Shown: piece by piece, positions 15,233 through 32,431 of the stretch | Layout: every line of letters begins with the position of its first letter | Position numbering within the stretch: position 1 is the stretch's first letter | Origin: the human T2T-CHM13v2.0 reference genome, Homo sapiens | Length of the DNA: 64,000 bases | NCBI RefSeq assembly: GCF_009914755.1 | Contig: NC_060941.1 | Reading direction: 5' to 3' (one strand) | Notes under the pieces: generated by a model | Seen by the model: only the letters and a program-made list of their open reading frames with translations | Databases searched by the model: none | What the model was told of the DNA's origin: nothing | Translations under genes and position numbers: made by a program

Positions 15233-15919
15233 AATCCGGATCCAGGTCTTTGGAAACATTCCTCAGCTTTCCTCAGGACTGGAGAACAGACAGGCATTGG
15301 CATTAATTTCCTTTCAGCCTTTCCTCCCCTCTTATAATGACTCATTAATCAATGCTCATGATTTTGGAAGAGGCCCAGGGATGTTGAAAGCAGTCCCTAA
15401 ACAGGGTGAGACCTACAAAGAGATTATCATAGATGATCCATTGTGGATGCTAAAAGGTCATTTTTCCAGGCTGACTCCAAGACAGTATTGGCCACAGAAC
15501 AGACACTTGGTAGAAGAGAGCCTGAGGTCCAGGCAGCAGCAACAGCAGCTTTGGGAAACCTGAGCTCTTCTGTCTCCCACCCCTCATCCTGCCCTATTCC
15601 CCTCACTCAAGGAGTTTATCGTCCTTGCTTCCAGAGACCCTCAGTGGGACAGTGCTTACTTACTGCCTAACCCAACCTGCTTTTAAGCATAATTCAAGCC
15701 TACCAAACTGGAATAAATGGAATTTAAATATAGCTTCTTCATTTCCCCCACTATTTCACCAATCTGTGCCTTCTCCCATCTTACCCATCACAGAAAGTAG
15801 CAAAATTATCCACTCCATTAGTTTTCATCTCTGCCTCTCACTTCTTTTCTCTTTTCTACTTAAAAATATTTTTGAAATTTATTTTTAAACTTACATACAT
15901 TAAAATTAGCTTTTGGTGG

Positions 15920-16330
15920 GAACGTTGCTGGAAAACTACTCGACAAAAACGGAATAGACTATCAAAGCATACAATAGCATGGATGAATCCCAAAGGCATT
16001 ATGCGAGATGCAAGAAGCCAGTCTCAAAAGGTTGCAAACTTATGATTCCATTAATATGACATTCTGGAAAAGGTCAGACTATAGGGACAGAGAACAGATC
16101 AGTTGTTGCCAGGGATTAAGGGTTAGGACGTACTACACTCTGTTTATCGATTTACCCACTGAAGGACATTTAGGGTACAAGCTTTTGTTTGGATGTAAAT
16201 TTTCACTTCTCTTGGGTAAATATCTAGGAGAGGGATTGCTGGGTCCTATGGTATGTTTATGTTTAATTTTATAAGTTAAATCAGTAATCCGTGTTGGCTT
16301 ATATAAACCAATAAGCTAAACTGTTTTCTG
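15920..16330. mobile_element. Old L1M 3'-UTR fragments in both orientations
   Basis: catggatgaatc...gacattctggaaaagg (+); ttgggtaaatatctaggag...gattgctgggtc (-). Confidence 0.65.
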
Positions 16331-16349
16331 GAGTGCGTCTCATTCATTC

Positions 16350-17110
16350 GATTTTTAAAGTCAAAACCTGGCAATCATTCTTTATCGCTATCTCTTCCTA
16401 CTCCCCATATTCAATCTATTTCTGCACATCTTCAAGGTTCTACCTCCAAACTATAGCTTCCAATGCTCCCTCCTCCTCCATCATCACTGCAGCCTCCTTG
16501 AAGTGAGTCACCGTTATCTCTCGCCTGGGCTTCTTCAGGAGCTACTGTTCATCCTCTCTGCCCACATCCGACATCCTCTCTGCACCCTCTTCCTACAGCC
16601 TGTTCTCCACAGAGCGGGCAAAGTGATCCTTTTCAGACATTAATCTGATCAGATAACTCCTTACTTCAAGCCTCCCATTGACATCCCATTGTACTTGGCC
16701 TTCAGAGGACTCTGCATTCTGGCCCATGGCTACACTCAGCCAATTTTCCACTTTCCTCTTCATTGTCCTGCACAGTCAATTAGCCTCCTGTGAGTTCCCA
16801 GACCAAGCTGAGCCATCCCAGACCTCAGGCCTGTGGACACCCTGCCCGCACTGTGAAATGCTTTTCTCTGTGCTCCAGGCGTGTGGCTCCTTCATGCCCT
16901 AGTCTAAATGCCACTTTCTCAAAGGCCCTTCATGTCCATCATGGCGCTTATCCAAATGGGTTATTTTTATAGACATTTGTTCACTCATTTGTTATCTATT
17001 TCTTTCCGATTCAAATGGGAGAACCTTCAGAGCAGAGAACTCATCCTGGTTGTCACTCCTACTTGGAGCAGTTCCTGACACATAGCAGGTGTGCTTTAAA
17101 AATGTTCAAT
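16350..17110 (+). mobile_element. L2 3' portion
   Basis: agtgatccttt...aatctgatca...cctgacacatagcaggtg; aatgaatgaatga tail continues after the AluY. Confidence 0.7.
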
Positions 17111-17111
17111 G

Positions 17112-17445
<334 letters not shown>

Positions 17446-17729
17446 TCAATGCAATGTCATCCTGTACTCCTTATTTAAAATAAAATAAAAGAGAGGGAGT
17501 TTGTGGAGATTTCATATGGGATAATAGCACCTACTTCATAAGGTTAGAATTGAAATGAGTCAACATATGCTGAACACCTACAACAATGCCTGGCACACAG
17601 CAAACGTGATGTAAATGTGAGACTAAAAATAATAATGATGGAAGCAAATTCATGGAAGAGGAGTTCCAGCCTTCTTAGGAGAACAAAACTGTTTATTCCT
17701 TTCACAAATATTTACTGAGTCTGCACAGA

Positions 17730-17793
17730 TGGAAGTGTGTGTACAAGCGTGGAAGTGTGTGTACAAGCGTGGAAGTGTGTGTACAAGCGTGGA
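17730..17793. repeat. 20-bp minisatellite, 3.2 identical copies
   Basis: (ggaagtgtgtgtacaagcgt)3 at 17731-17790. Confidence 0.98.
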
Positions 17794-19671
17794 GAGCGTC
17801 ACACCCAAATGGCACTCTTCACAAGAACAGAACACAGACCCTTCACACTTTGCTCCCAGAAGAGCCCAGGAGTAAAGGTTCTCACCCCGCTGAGCATTTC
17901 CTTTTCCCTGACACCCCCAATTTGCACAGAAACCATGGGAGAGGGGTCACATTCCATTTTAGAAGGCGACATCCTCACAGCAGGGCACTACGCTGGGTAC
18001 TATTTGTATCTGCAGTGGGTGCACTACCTACTGGCCATCGAAAACCCTTCTGGTCATCGAAAAGCTCTTGGGAGTACCTTTGCACTCAAAGCAATACACA
18101 TCATTTTAAGATATTCTCCAAATCCTGTTGATACTAAAATGAGTGCATTTTCTTCTAGGGTGCGTGAAGGATTGAGGTTTGACCGTAGATGTTCAAATAT
18201 ATGGAAGTCCATATTGTCTTAACAGCACCCAGACCTCCTCCCAACAATTTAAAATTGTCATGGTTAGAAAGGCGCTTTGTAAATGTAAACCCATCGCTTT
18301 ACCTTTCCAAGGGCATTCTTTATGAGATGAGTCATGAAAGCATCCTTGTGCATGCAGGAGGCATTTACTAAATGCACATTTTCAAAAAGTGGTGGGAGAC
18401 GGAGGACCGGAGGGAGGGAGGAGGATACACCAACAGCACATGGGCCCTGCCAAACCCACCTCTGTTACTTGATATGGATGGTCATACCGGTTGTGCTCTG
18501 CACCGAGGCACCTGGTGGAGGGAGCCATTTTGCTCACTGGGGCTGTGACTTCCCAGGGGAGTTCTCCTCTTCCTAAGTGCCTTCCAGAGGCACTCAGTGT
18601 GCCGACAGTCACCTGGTTCCATAAGCAGTCTCCTTCACAAACAGAAATAAGCAGAAACTGGACCCTGGGTATGAGCACAGCTAAGTTCTAGCCTGGATTC
18701 TGCCACTAACTTAAGACTCTTCCCTCCTCTAGCTCCAGGCATCTACATCCATAAGATGATGAATTCAGACAAGATAGTTGGTTTTCACACATTTTGTTTT
18801 GTAGCTGCAGAGCCATGTCCTCCAGTGAAATAGTTCTTTGAACCTCCTAAGTGAAGCAAATGACCTTGAGGCCACGCTGTCGGAGGTGGGAGGGGACCTG
18901 AGCCCTTAGCCCTCACCAGGGCTGGACCGCCCCCCTCTGCACACGAAGAACTGCAGGACTTGGAGGCTGTCTCAAATATTCTCTTTAGGGCTATATTTCT
19001 GGGATTTTATAAGAACCTGTCAAGCAAGAAAAACTCCCCAGAGATTATAGAGTGTTACACACAGATAGAAATAATAAGACCCACAATTCCACTGTGTACC
19101 CTGGCCATTCAACTGGGGGATGCTTTTCAAGTCTTTCTAGCAGGGTCCTCAGCTCCTGTAGGCTGTCACTCATCCACTTCCCTTCATCGAAGCTTCTGGC
19201 TCTTTGCCACTACCTACAATCTCATCCAGTTCTCTGCTGTGCCGTATGCTCCCTTGATATTGGGAGATTCTTAAAAGAAGTCAGTCCCCCTTGTCAGTTC
19301 CAGCTCTCTCAAGAGCCTATCTGCAAATCTCTGCCTCATTGAATATGCATGGTGACCAACTGAATATTTATGATGCCCCAAAGTCTCCAAAGGGCCCCAG
19401 CGTTTCGAATGCATGCAGCCCTCCCTGGTACCCATTCCGTAGCTCCCCAGTGGTGTCCCTGCCACTCATCTCTACCCTGCACTCCTTCTCCTTTACTGTT
19501 GATCCTAATCCATCAATCCTCAGTCTTCCCGAGGAAGCTTTTCTGAATTACACCACCACCCATGCAGTCGACAGTTACAACACAGGTTAAAATCTGTCTT
19601 TTGGAATAGAAGCTTTCCTTGCACAGGGAAATGCCAGTTTCTCATTAACTTCCATAAAGGTAGATGAGATA

Positions 19672-20321
<650 letters not shown>

Positions 20322-21142
20322 TAGAATGCCTGAAAAAACAGGGTCTTACACTTACCATGTGTTAAGAATTGCCTTAAATACTTCACCAGACTTATCTTAA
20401 GTCCAACCAGTGAGTATCTTCTGGGTGATAATGCAACTTCTTCAGGCTTCGGTTTTCTCATCTGTAGGTGGTGAACATGTCTGCCTATTGTGATGTTACC
20501 TTAATGAAATGATGAAAAGAAGTCAACCTTGCAAAGCTAGTTGGTGGGCTCTGATAGTAATGTTCCTCCTCTCTCTTTGTTCTTCACTCTCCCCTCCCCT
20601 GGGTGTGTTGTCAGGGAATAAAGAAAGCTCAATATCCCAAGGAGTGAGCTCTGAGCCCTACAGAAGCAGACGCCGAAGAAGGAGTGATGATTTCTGTCGC
20701 CACGCTGTTGAGTGTAGCAGACCATGTGCTAATGAGGATGGATGAGGCTGTTTGGTAGAAAGGATCTGCTCTCCTGGAGGAGACCAAACTATGGATGCAG
20801 ACAATTGATGGCCAGGATGAGGGGCCCCTCTGCAAACTCTCAGGCTGAGCCAGGCCCCCTTATTCAGTGCACAAACCCACTTTTCTATCTTCTGGGAGAA
20901 CCAGCCTCCAGTGCAGCATCTTCTGACCCATGCTACTCTCCTGAGAAGATAGCATAATGCTCCTCCCAGATTTAGACAGGCTCCACATGGATCTGCTGCT
21001 TACTCCCTGTGTGGCCTTTGAAAGGTCACTTAACCTCTCTGGGTCCCGATGTCTCACTTGACAAACAGGCATAATCCCGGCCTGTTCCCATCGTTGGGTA
21101 GTTGTGAGAATTAAAAGGAGTTATGGTGTAAAAGACATTATG

Positions 21143-21453
<311 letters not shown>

Positions 21454-22602
21454 GACATTATGAATACAAGACTAATTTCAAATATCTCATCCTTTCATGA
21501 AGCCCTCCCCTACCCTCCTACACTGAATTAATCTTGTATTGCTCTGGACTGCCTCCTGAATACTAATAATATGCCCCTGCTATAGCATTGCTCAGAGTCT
21601 GCCCTGGATAATAAGGAGTTATTCACATGCATTTGTTGGCCTGCTAGACCATGAGCTGTATGAGGCAGGTGTACAGGGTATGGCTCTTATGCATCTCTGT
21701 GTACACCTCTGCAGGCAGCACAGTGCCAGGCACATGGCACATGTACAGTAAGTGTTTAATGAAATAATCAAGACCTCTTTCTGCCTGGATCCAGCCTTCA
21801 TGTTAGGTTTTATGTGCTGTTTAATATCTGCAGGTAGAGGAAAGGTTCTGTGAAGGTCCACACTCCCTAGCCTGGGTGACAGTCCCCAGTTGAGCAAGCT
21901 GGTGATATAAGTGGGAAAAAATGGGAAGTTTACGGAGTCTGTATATGAAACACAGAACCCAGTTCCTTCCCTCGATCACTGGGTTGTATTCAGTCACAGA
22001 ACACATCACGGGAACTAGTTGGAGTTTTTGAAGCAATTGCTTCTTGTCTCTGAAATTGCTTCCCTGACTTCTGGGCAAGTCCCTGCAGTGGTTGCAGAGA
22101 GCCCCAGCTGTTTAATATCCAGCCCACTGATAGGAGCGATTGCTCATCAAACCCCAGAACCCTGATGCGTTCAAGAGGGACCGTCGACAGCCTCAGCTGC
22201 AGAGGTCTCAGACAAATGGCTGCAGAGTGGATTGGCCAACGTTAAGCAACAAACATGATTAAAGGCCAGAAAATAGGACCTGTGAGGAAAGGATGGAGCC
22301 ATCTGTTTGATTTATTGTGAAGAAGAACAAATAACAGTGTGCAAGGCTGTGGAAATTTTCTACAAGAAGAATAGCAATGTCCAGCTCAATGAGGCCGGAA
22401 CAAGGAAAGAAGGGCATGAACTGCCACATGAGGGATTTTGTCCAGATGCAGGAAGGAAGAACTTTCCTACTGCCTGGCAACCAGCTAGGCTAGGCACCGG
22501 GATGGTCTCCCAGAAGCAGCTTTGTAAAAATGATAGACCTGAGTCCAGCAGAAAAAAAACAACGATACAAATATCTAGGAGTTGGAAAAGAAAAAGTGAT
22601 GA

Positions 22603-22896
<294 letters not shown>

Positions 22897-23345
22897 TGAT
22901 GAGTTTTTATGCATCACCCTTCTGAGTAGATCCAGAACTCCTGGATAGGGTAGGTAAGGAAGTGAGGCCAAGGCGACATTGGGGCCTGAGACATTGAGAC
23001 TTTGACTAAGCAAAGCCCACATCCCTCAACATGGGTCCTGCCACTGGCCCCAGGGCCTAGCTGAGCCTACAGAGAATGGACAAGTCCCTGAATGTGTTTT
23101 AATCAGCAAAACACTAGCAGAATGCCATAATGAATGGATTGCAACTGGGATCACAAATGTGCTTACAACATAGAGGGATTTTTTTAGCATAGGATTTTAT
23201 TGATTAATTAATGAATGATTATCTACTAGTTTCTGTCTTCCTGAGGAATTACTAGTATGTACAAAGAGTGTGTGTTGAATCTGTTAAAAATAAAAGTATT
23301 TATAATAAATATAAATATCATCCTTTGATATACAGTTGAATAGCA

Positions 23346-24172
<827 letters not shown>

Positions 24173-24820
24173 ATCCTTTCCAAGGGCAAATATGGGCACA
24201 GTTCATTTTGTGTTGATATTGGTGGACAATTGGATTTAGTAAGCCTTAGAGAAATGCAAGAAATTTCAGGCAAAGCCATATAAGAGGGGAAAAGATCAGC
24301 TGGATCATAATGAGAGAAAACAAGTTAGAAAAATAGGGCAAAGTGACAGGTAGCAGAGATTAAAGCTCACCCCTGCTTTCCCTCCCCCTCTTGCTTCTGT
24401 CCTCTCTGGGAGAGAGGGCAAAGTCAGTGTGAGACTGTGTTCTGTAAAGTATGCCCTGAAGGCTGAATGTTTTATCCAGTCAGGATGCCATGCATTCTAA
24501 GGCTAAGGACTCCATCAGCAAGCATTTCTCCCCAAGGTGGGCAAAGATGCTTGTCTGTGTTCAAAGACCACAGATTCTCATCTTATCCCAGCTGTCTGCC
24601 AAGTGTATGTAGCCACTAGTCATGGATCCGGCAACAGCTGACCCCTCCCTCACACCAAATACAGAGTGCCAGGCTGTGTTCTTGCTGATGAGTGGTGTCA
24701 TTAGCAGGGTCTACTCTCTGGCTACTACTACCATCAATATGGAGTGTTGGGCAACCCTCAATAAGAGCTTCCTCTACTTCCTACCTTCCAGAGATAATAA
24801 ACACAGCTGACAGTGTGGGG

Positions 24821-25121
24821 TTTTTTTTGTTTGTTTGTTTTTGTTTTTTTGAGACAGAGTCTCACTCTGTTGCCCAGGCTGGAGTCCAGAGTGCAATGGC
24901 ACGATCTCGGCTCACTGCAACCTCCACTTCCCAGGTTCAAGCAATTTTCCTGCCTCAGCCTCCTGAGTAGCTGGGATTACAGGCATGTGCCACCATGCCT
25001 GGCTAATTTTTGTATTTTTAGTGGAGATGAGGTTTCACCATTTTGGCCAGGCTGGTCTCGAACTTCTGACTTCAAGTGATCTGCCCACCTTGGCCTCCCA
25101 AAGTGCTGGGATTATAGCGTG
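24821..25121 (-). mobile_element. AluS
   Basis: Antisense dimer with (tttg)n tail. Confidence 0.93.
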
Positions 25122-25369
25122 TTATCCAGTGTGTTATCCATTGAGGTAGGATAAAAAACGAAGAAGCGTACAAATGCAAATGTTGTCTTTGGGAAGCTGA
25201 TCACTACCATGAAGCACAGCATCACATACCCATGATTTAAAAATCTACTTTATGAAAAACCTAGATGCAGAGCACAGTGTTATTCACATTTTCAAAGGAT
25301 TATCCAGGAACAGTTTACCAGGCAAGAGTAATCTGTGGAGCCAACAGGCTGCAAAGGAAAACTCGGGAC

Positions 25370-25535
25370 CCTCAACAGGTCATCTAAGCTCCGTAAGCTT
25401 GTTTCCTTATCCATAAAGTGGAGATAATAATGGTACCTACTTCAAAAGGGTATTGGATCAAGGAGATAATGTTTGTAGAGCTCTTGACACAGATTTGGCA
25501 TATAGCCAGCGCTCAATAAATAATAGCTATTACTA
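25370..25535 (+). mobile_element. MIR
   Basis: gtttccttatccataaagtggagataataatggtacctac...gcgctcaataaa. Confidence 0.8.
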
Positions 25536-26125
25536 TTCTTCACTTTATTAAATGATCACCACTCCTGTAAATAGTAAAAACCCTTTATGAATCTTTTAAA
25601 AGGTTTTTTTAAAGAAAATACTGAAGAACAACAAGAAAATAAAAGTTGCCTCAAGTTCTAACATTTATAATGATTAAAGAAAGAAGTGGAAATTACAGCC
25701 TCTTCTCCAATCCCACCCTCTGTTAGTTAAATGCTTTTAACAGAATCTTTTCCAACATTTTGCTGTCCTTTATTACATATCTGTAGGTCTGTATCTATTC
25801 CTTTTTATATAAAAGTGAGATTACCCTATGCATATTGGTCTGGAACTTGTTTATTTCACTTGACAATACATCATGGAGAATGTTCCTAACCAGTTCATTC
25901 ATGTCTACTAGGTTCTTATTTGAACAGCTACATCGTACTTTATGGTACAAGTACGCAGTCAATTATTTATCCATTTTCCTGTTGATGGATATTTAGGTTA
26001 TAATACTCACGGATCCTAAGTGTGATCTGATATGAAAAATCATTTGCTTATACATTTTGTAAATACATGCAAAGCACCTGTAGGTATTTGGAAAAGAAGT
26101 GTTGAATTTTAGATTGTGCAGAAGG

Positions 26126-26428
26126 TTTTTTTTGTGTGTTTGTTTTGAGACAGGGTCTTGTTCTGTCACCCAGGCTGGAGTGCAGTGATCCAATCACAAC
26201 TCACTGCAGCCTCAGCCTCCTGGACTCAAGTGATCCACTCACTTCAGCCTCCCAAGTAACTGGGACTACAGGTGTGTGCCACTATGCCTGGCTAATTTTT
26301 AAATTTTTTTTAGAGATGGGGTCTTGCTATGTTGCCCAGGCTGGTCTTGAACTCCTGGGCTCAAACTGTCCTCCTGCCTCGGCCTCCCAAAGTACTGGGA
26401 TTACAGACGTGAGCCACTGCACACAGCC
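26126..26428 (-). mobile_element. AluJ
   Basis: cactgcagcctc, gctatgttgcccagg, ctcctgggctcaa. Confidence 0.92.
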
Positions 26429-26838
26429 ATGGAAAAGATTTTGCCTAAACTTACAATACACCATTAGCTGTATGATCAACAGGTTTTCCCTCCTTTTTGG
26501 ATTAACTATAATTGTTTGCATCATAAAATTGGCTCAATTCCCAGGCCCACCTGGGTCCCAGTCCATCACCCAACAGAGATTTTCACATAGATTCTGGGGG
26601 CTGGAGGCAGGAGGCTCTACTTTCCATCTTGCCTGAGTGATCCTCCAGTCTTGTCACCCTGTGGAAGAAGTTGCACGAAGTGAAACTGGCCACCTCTGCC
26701 TGGTGACAGCTTTCTTGTCCATGCAGGCCCCTGTCTATACACACCCACGTCCATGAAATGAATGCATTACACTCTGTGGAGAAGGGAGCCAAGCAAGCTC
26801 AGAGTTCCACGGTAGAGGAAGACCCTATCATGTTCTCA

Positions 26839-27216
<378 letters not shown>

Positions 27217-27629
27217 TTATGTTTCTAGTTTTTTCATATATTTTCAGTTGCTCCACATTACTTACCAAAAGATTAAACTCCTTGTACCAGTACCTCTGTC
27301 TTCAGCCACCTGGCCTCAACTGACTGTCCCAGCTTTATGTCCCAAAGGATCTGGTCCAACAACCCACTTGCTGCATTCTCAACGTGCAGTGTCCTTTCCT
27401 GCTCCCCTCGGTGCGCTTTCTGTCCCCTCTGTGTTCTCACCTCCAGCCTACTGAATCCTACAAGGCCACCACTCGGGGAAGCATCGGCTATAGCAATTGT
27501 GTCTTTTAAATTATTTTAATATGCTCATGCCTCTCGTATGCAGCCTTGCATTGCTACTGTTTCCATATAGCCTATGTCCTATACTAGATTATCAAATCTT
27601 GGAGGACATGAATTAGGCCACATGAAGCA

Positions 27630-27757
27630 TTTTTGTTTGAAATAGTGTCTGGCTCTGCTGGTCTGGAGTGCAGTGGTGTGAACACAGCTGACTGTAGCCT
27701 TGACCCTCTGGGCTCAAGAGATCCTCCTGCCTCAGCCTCCCAGGTAGCTGGGACCAG
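27630..27757 (-). mobile_element. AluJ/FRAM right-arm fragment
   Basis: ctggagtgcagtgg...gggctcaagagatcctcctgcctcagcctccc. Confidence 0.8.
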
Positions 27758-30700
27758 GTTGCTTAGACCTGGAAGGCTATTTCTGCAGCTTCCCTTGTAG
27801 GATATCCTAGCTACTGCCCCCAGGAGATCTGACAGCTTCTCTAGAATGTTGGAGTCATGGCGCACACCTCCACTCACATCCTGGCCCTTCTCTGCCTGAT
27901 CTCACTCTTCCCATCCACTCCCTGCTTTGTGGTGCAGCAGTGGGGGTGATGCTGCTTCAAGGCTGAGCTTCATACATGGTCACTTTGCAGTGCCCTTGAG
28001 AAGGACACATGGTTTGCACAACTGCATCTGTCCCGGGAGCCGTGGCGAACGCAGTCTCCAGGCCTATCTCCCCGGCTCTGGAAGACACACCTTTTTGAGA
28101 ATAGAGACTCAGTAGAGACTTAGTGACTGTATTGCTCTCAATTCAACTACTAGCAGCAACATTCCCTCTACCACCATCCCAAAGAAAGTTCTTATAAAAC
28201 GGAGTTCTGGGGAAGGGACTACAACTGAAGGAATGCAGTGGCACCTTGTTCTTCTAGATTGATGCTGAGAGCTTGCTGCAGCACAATCTACACACACAGT
28301 CTACAGGCCTGAACTAGGAGTGGGGCCCAGGGTTCAAAATGACACACACACAGTCCTGGAAGGGTGTCTGCACACAATCACTGCTCAAAGTGCCTGCTGA
28401 ACACATAAACAAATCAATGCAAATATCCACAGAATAAGAGAACACACCTGTTGTCAAGTCAAGAATGTTGGGTTGAACTTGAGGCTGCTTGTGCTTAGGA
28501 TCCACTGACAGCTGCCCATCCATGTGGAGTGGTCAGGAAGGAATACAAGGATGATAAACGGGTCAAGCAGGATGCGATAGCTTGAGGAAGGGGAATAGTC
28601 CTGAAAGAGGCAAGCAGCCCCCCACCCAAGGTCCCCCAGTGGGCCCTTGAAATCCTTAACCTAATCACATCTGCAAAATCCCTTTTGCCATGGAAGGTAA
28701 CTTATTCACACACTTCAGGGACATCCTCAGGGCCTACTGTTCAGCCTGCCACCAGTGGGTGTGCCCCATTCTGTTCCCAAGTCACACTGCAGTTTACGTC
28801 TCCATGTGCCTGTCCATAATTCATCTGATGTCCCTCATCTCTAGACCCCCATTCCAGATGCCATCCGTCCTCAAAGACCCACTTACATAAGATTTTGTAG
28901 GCACTTTTTTCTGAACTTTGGGGCTTTTATTCTAAAAGGCAGAAAGCAGGAAACAATTTTTAAATTGATGTCAGACATCATTGATCCTGGAAATTCATTG
29001 GCAATTGCCTCCCACGGGGACCGTTCTCAGCCCGTGTTTTCTTCAGAGACCACCCCCTGTAACCCATCCTGGCCCTCCTCCATTCGGCCTGCTTAGGACA
29101 CTTTTGTGCAGATCAGGGCTGCTCTCTACTCAGGCCCATCTCTCCCATCTCAGCCTCCTTCATGCATGTCTCAAGTGTCATTAAGTGCCTAAACTGAGTG
29201 CTGTGGCTCTTTGTCACCCCTCTCAGTAGCTACAAGGAAACATCAGAAGCTGTAAAATGACAGGTTTTTCTTTAACATGGACTATCCCTCTCACTACCAT
29301 CAATGACCTTATGGGGAACGTTATCAAGATGTATTTATTCACAAGCTGTCCATAGTTAGTTCCTGTGGGTTCAAGGATCTATTTCCGTCATAAGTATTCA
29401 TTCATGCCTTCACTTGGCAAATATTTAGTAAGCGTCTACCATGTCCACGTACTGCTCTTGGCTCCAGGGTTATAATGATGAACAAGCTCACGCTGGTCCC
29501 CATCTGAGAGATAGTTCGTGTTTAATTCAAAGATAAGCCACCACCAACAACACCACCCTCAAGTTGTAGATTTAAAGATCACCTCTAATTTCTGTTACCT
29601 TGATCATAGAATGACAATGGTCCTACAGTGTCAGTATGACATATGATGTCATATTTTTCTCTCTTCTGTTAATTCTTAGATGACAAAAGACATGTCAGGA
29701 AGATTTTCTTCCTGCATTAATGAAGAAAAGCTAGAGGAAAGTGAGACAAGAGAGGGACCCATCTCCCTCATTGTGATATCCGAATCTAATGCACTTAAGA
29801 GCCTCTGAGCCTGCAGCAGGACCAGCCCTCATCAGGCACTCTAATAGGAAAGCCTTTCACTTCCTCTTAACTGGTTCTCACCTGTTTGGGGAGTGAGAAT
29901 ACATAAGGGATTAAAGGGCCTCTTCTTGTAGCTCCTGTTGATGTAAAAGGAAAACAATATCCCTGTTCTGAGAGTTTAGCACAGCCAAACAGATCCAGGG
30001 TAAGTGCCTGAAAGCAGGGTTTGCTTTGGATAAGCCTCCATTCAGATAATGGCGAACCAAGTACCCACTTCTCCCTCTAGGCCTTCCAGTATGTGCAGCA
30101 AACATCCTTGTTCTTGTTAGGTACAGCTTCTAAAACCCTTAAAGCTTTCATAACGTCCTTGATATTAGTGGTTGGTTTATTCTTTTCCCTGAAAGCTTAC
30201 AGAAGCATAAAAAATTTCAAAGCTGGAAGGGACCTCAGAGAACAGCCATATTATTTAATTTATATTTTTAATTTTCCTAATTCAACAACTTCAGGGAGGT
30301 GAGTTTATTTGCTCTGTTTCCCTCTGTTCTCTGGCCTGTTTCCATTCATTGCCCAATTGCTGCCCTTTCCTCCTGGTGCCCATTCCACCCCCCAGGCCAA
30401 CTTTCTCCTTGAAAACCATTCTTTGATTTTCCTTGCTTTTTTGCAACACTGCCCATATGAGCTTTATTGATTCTCTCTCCCGTCCTAAAGTTAGAGTATG
30501 ACTGTAGCCATGCTCTAAGATGCTTTCTGGGTATCTTAGCTGAGATACAGATGGCTGTACAGAGCCAAGGTCCAGATTTTGTAAGCAAGCAGGGACGGAA
30601 TCAACCAGGGACATCCTCTGGGGTGCAGCCTGCATTCTAGGGCTCCTACAAAAGTGGGCTACTGTGCCTGATTCTGTTAGTACAGTGAGAACTCAGGAGG

Positions 30701-30936
30701 ACTGGAGGCTGGTTTTCATCTGAACACTAATCTTAGGAGAAGGGGGGCTCTGGTACCTGGGGATTATTCCTGGAGAAAACACAGAACAGGACCTGGATTT
30801 GTCAGCACAAGGGCTAGTCCAAGCCCGATTCTCACTGGAGAGAAGCTCAAAGCCCACTGTTTCTTTCAAAACAGAAAAGGATAACTTCATTCCTATCTGG
30901 ATGATCCTGGGTGCAACGGCTTCTACCATTTCCTTA

Positions 30937-31257
<321 letters not shown>

Positions 31258-31328
31258 GATAAGTCTTTGGGCCTCCGTGACTTTCCAAAGACAGAAGACA
31301 GCATCTGGCCCAAGCAAAATGAACCCTC

Positions 31329-31758
31329 TGTGGTAGCAAAATAATGGCCCCAAAGATGTCCACTTCCTAATCCTCAGAACCTGCGAATATGGTGCCTCAC
31401 CTGGCAAAAGAGATATAATATTGGAAGATGGTCCTGAATTATCTGGGCAGGCTCAATGTCATCACAAGGGTCCTTACAATAGGGAGGAAGCAAGATGCAA
31501 GTCGGAGAAATAAATTGGAAGATGCCTGAAGATGGAGGAAGGGGCCAAGAGCCAAGAAGGCAGGGAGCTTCTAGGGGCAAAGGAATAGTCTCCCCTAGAG
31601 CCTCCAGAAAGAATGCAGCCCCAGTATCACCTTGATTTTAGCCCCATGAGATCCATGTCAGACTTCTGACCTCCAGAACTGTCAGGTAATAAGTTCCTGT
31701 TGTTTTATGCCACTGAGTTTGGGGTAACTTGTGACCACAGCAATAGGAAATTAATGCA
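31329..31758 (+). mobile_element. MaLR solo LTR, MLT1D-like
   Basis: tgtggtag...aataatggccccaaagatgtcc...ctagagcctccagaa...cagcaataggaaa. Confidence 0.85.
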
Positions 31759-32033
31759 CTCTGCTTAAAGGAAGAAAGCAGAGCAGGGGTTGGCGGGGGT
31801 TCCTGTGGGTGAGGTTCACGTGATCTAAATGAGCCTCATGGGAGGTGTCCTGAGAGTCTCCTCTGCCTTGGATCCCTCTGTGAAGCACTGGGCTTTCCCC
31901 CCTTCTCCCTGCCTCTCCCTGATACCCAACAGAGCTCCAGCTCCAGACTGGAGCATCATGAGGAAGCAGTTTTCTCTTCTCTGGCTTCCCAGCTGGCCTC
32001 AGCAACAGACCTTCCAAATCTGGATTTTCTTAC

Positions 32034-32431
32034 TGTGATAGAAATCCTTACTTTGCGTCCCCAGAAAATTCATGTTGAAGCCCTTACCTTCAATGTAATT
32101 GTATTTGGAAACAGGGCCTTTAAGCAGGTAGTAAAGGTTGAATGAGGTCATAAGAATGAGGCCCTAATCCTATAGAACTGGTGTCCATACAAAGAGAAGA
32201 AGAGACACCAGAGGGCTCTCTCTTTCTCTGAGCATGCACAGAGGAAAGGCCATGTGAGGACACTGCAAGAAGTTGCCTTCTGCAACCCAAGGAGAGGGAC
32301 CTCACCAGAAACCAATCCTGGTGGCACGTTGATCTGAAACTTCCAGCATCTAGAACCGTGGGGGAATAAATATCTGTTGTTTAGGCCTCCAGTCTGTGGT
32401 AGTTTATTAGAAGACTGTAGCCGACTAGTCA
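32034..32431 (+). mobile_element. MaLR solo LTR, MLT1A/MSTD-like
   Basis: aaattcatgttgaagccc...gtatttgga...ccatgtgaggaca...aataaa...cagtctgtgg. Confidence 0.85.

Noticed and set aside
14838-15345. Several L/S/P/F-rich ORFs
   Set aside because: Artefacts of the CT-rich low-complexity tract.
17730-17793. CRISPR-like repeat array
   Set aside because: Units are directly adjacent with no spacers, there are no cas genes, and the DNA is primate.
20684-20780. Possible C/D-box snoRNA (gtgatga)
   Set aside because: No suitably placed CTGA D box or terminal stem.
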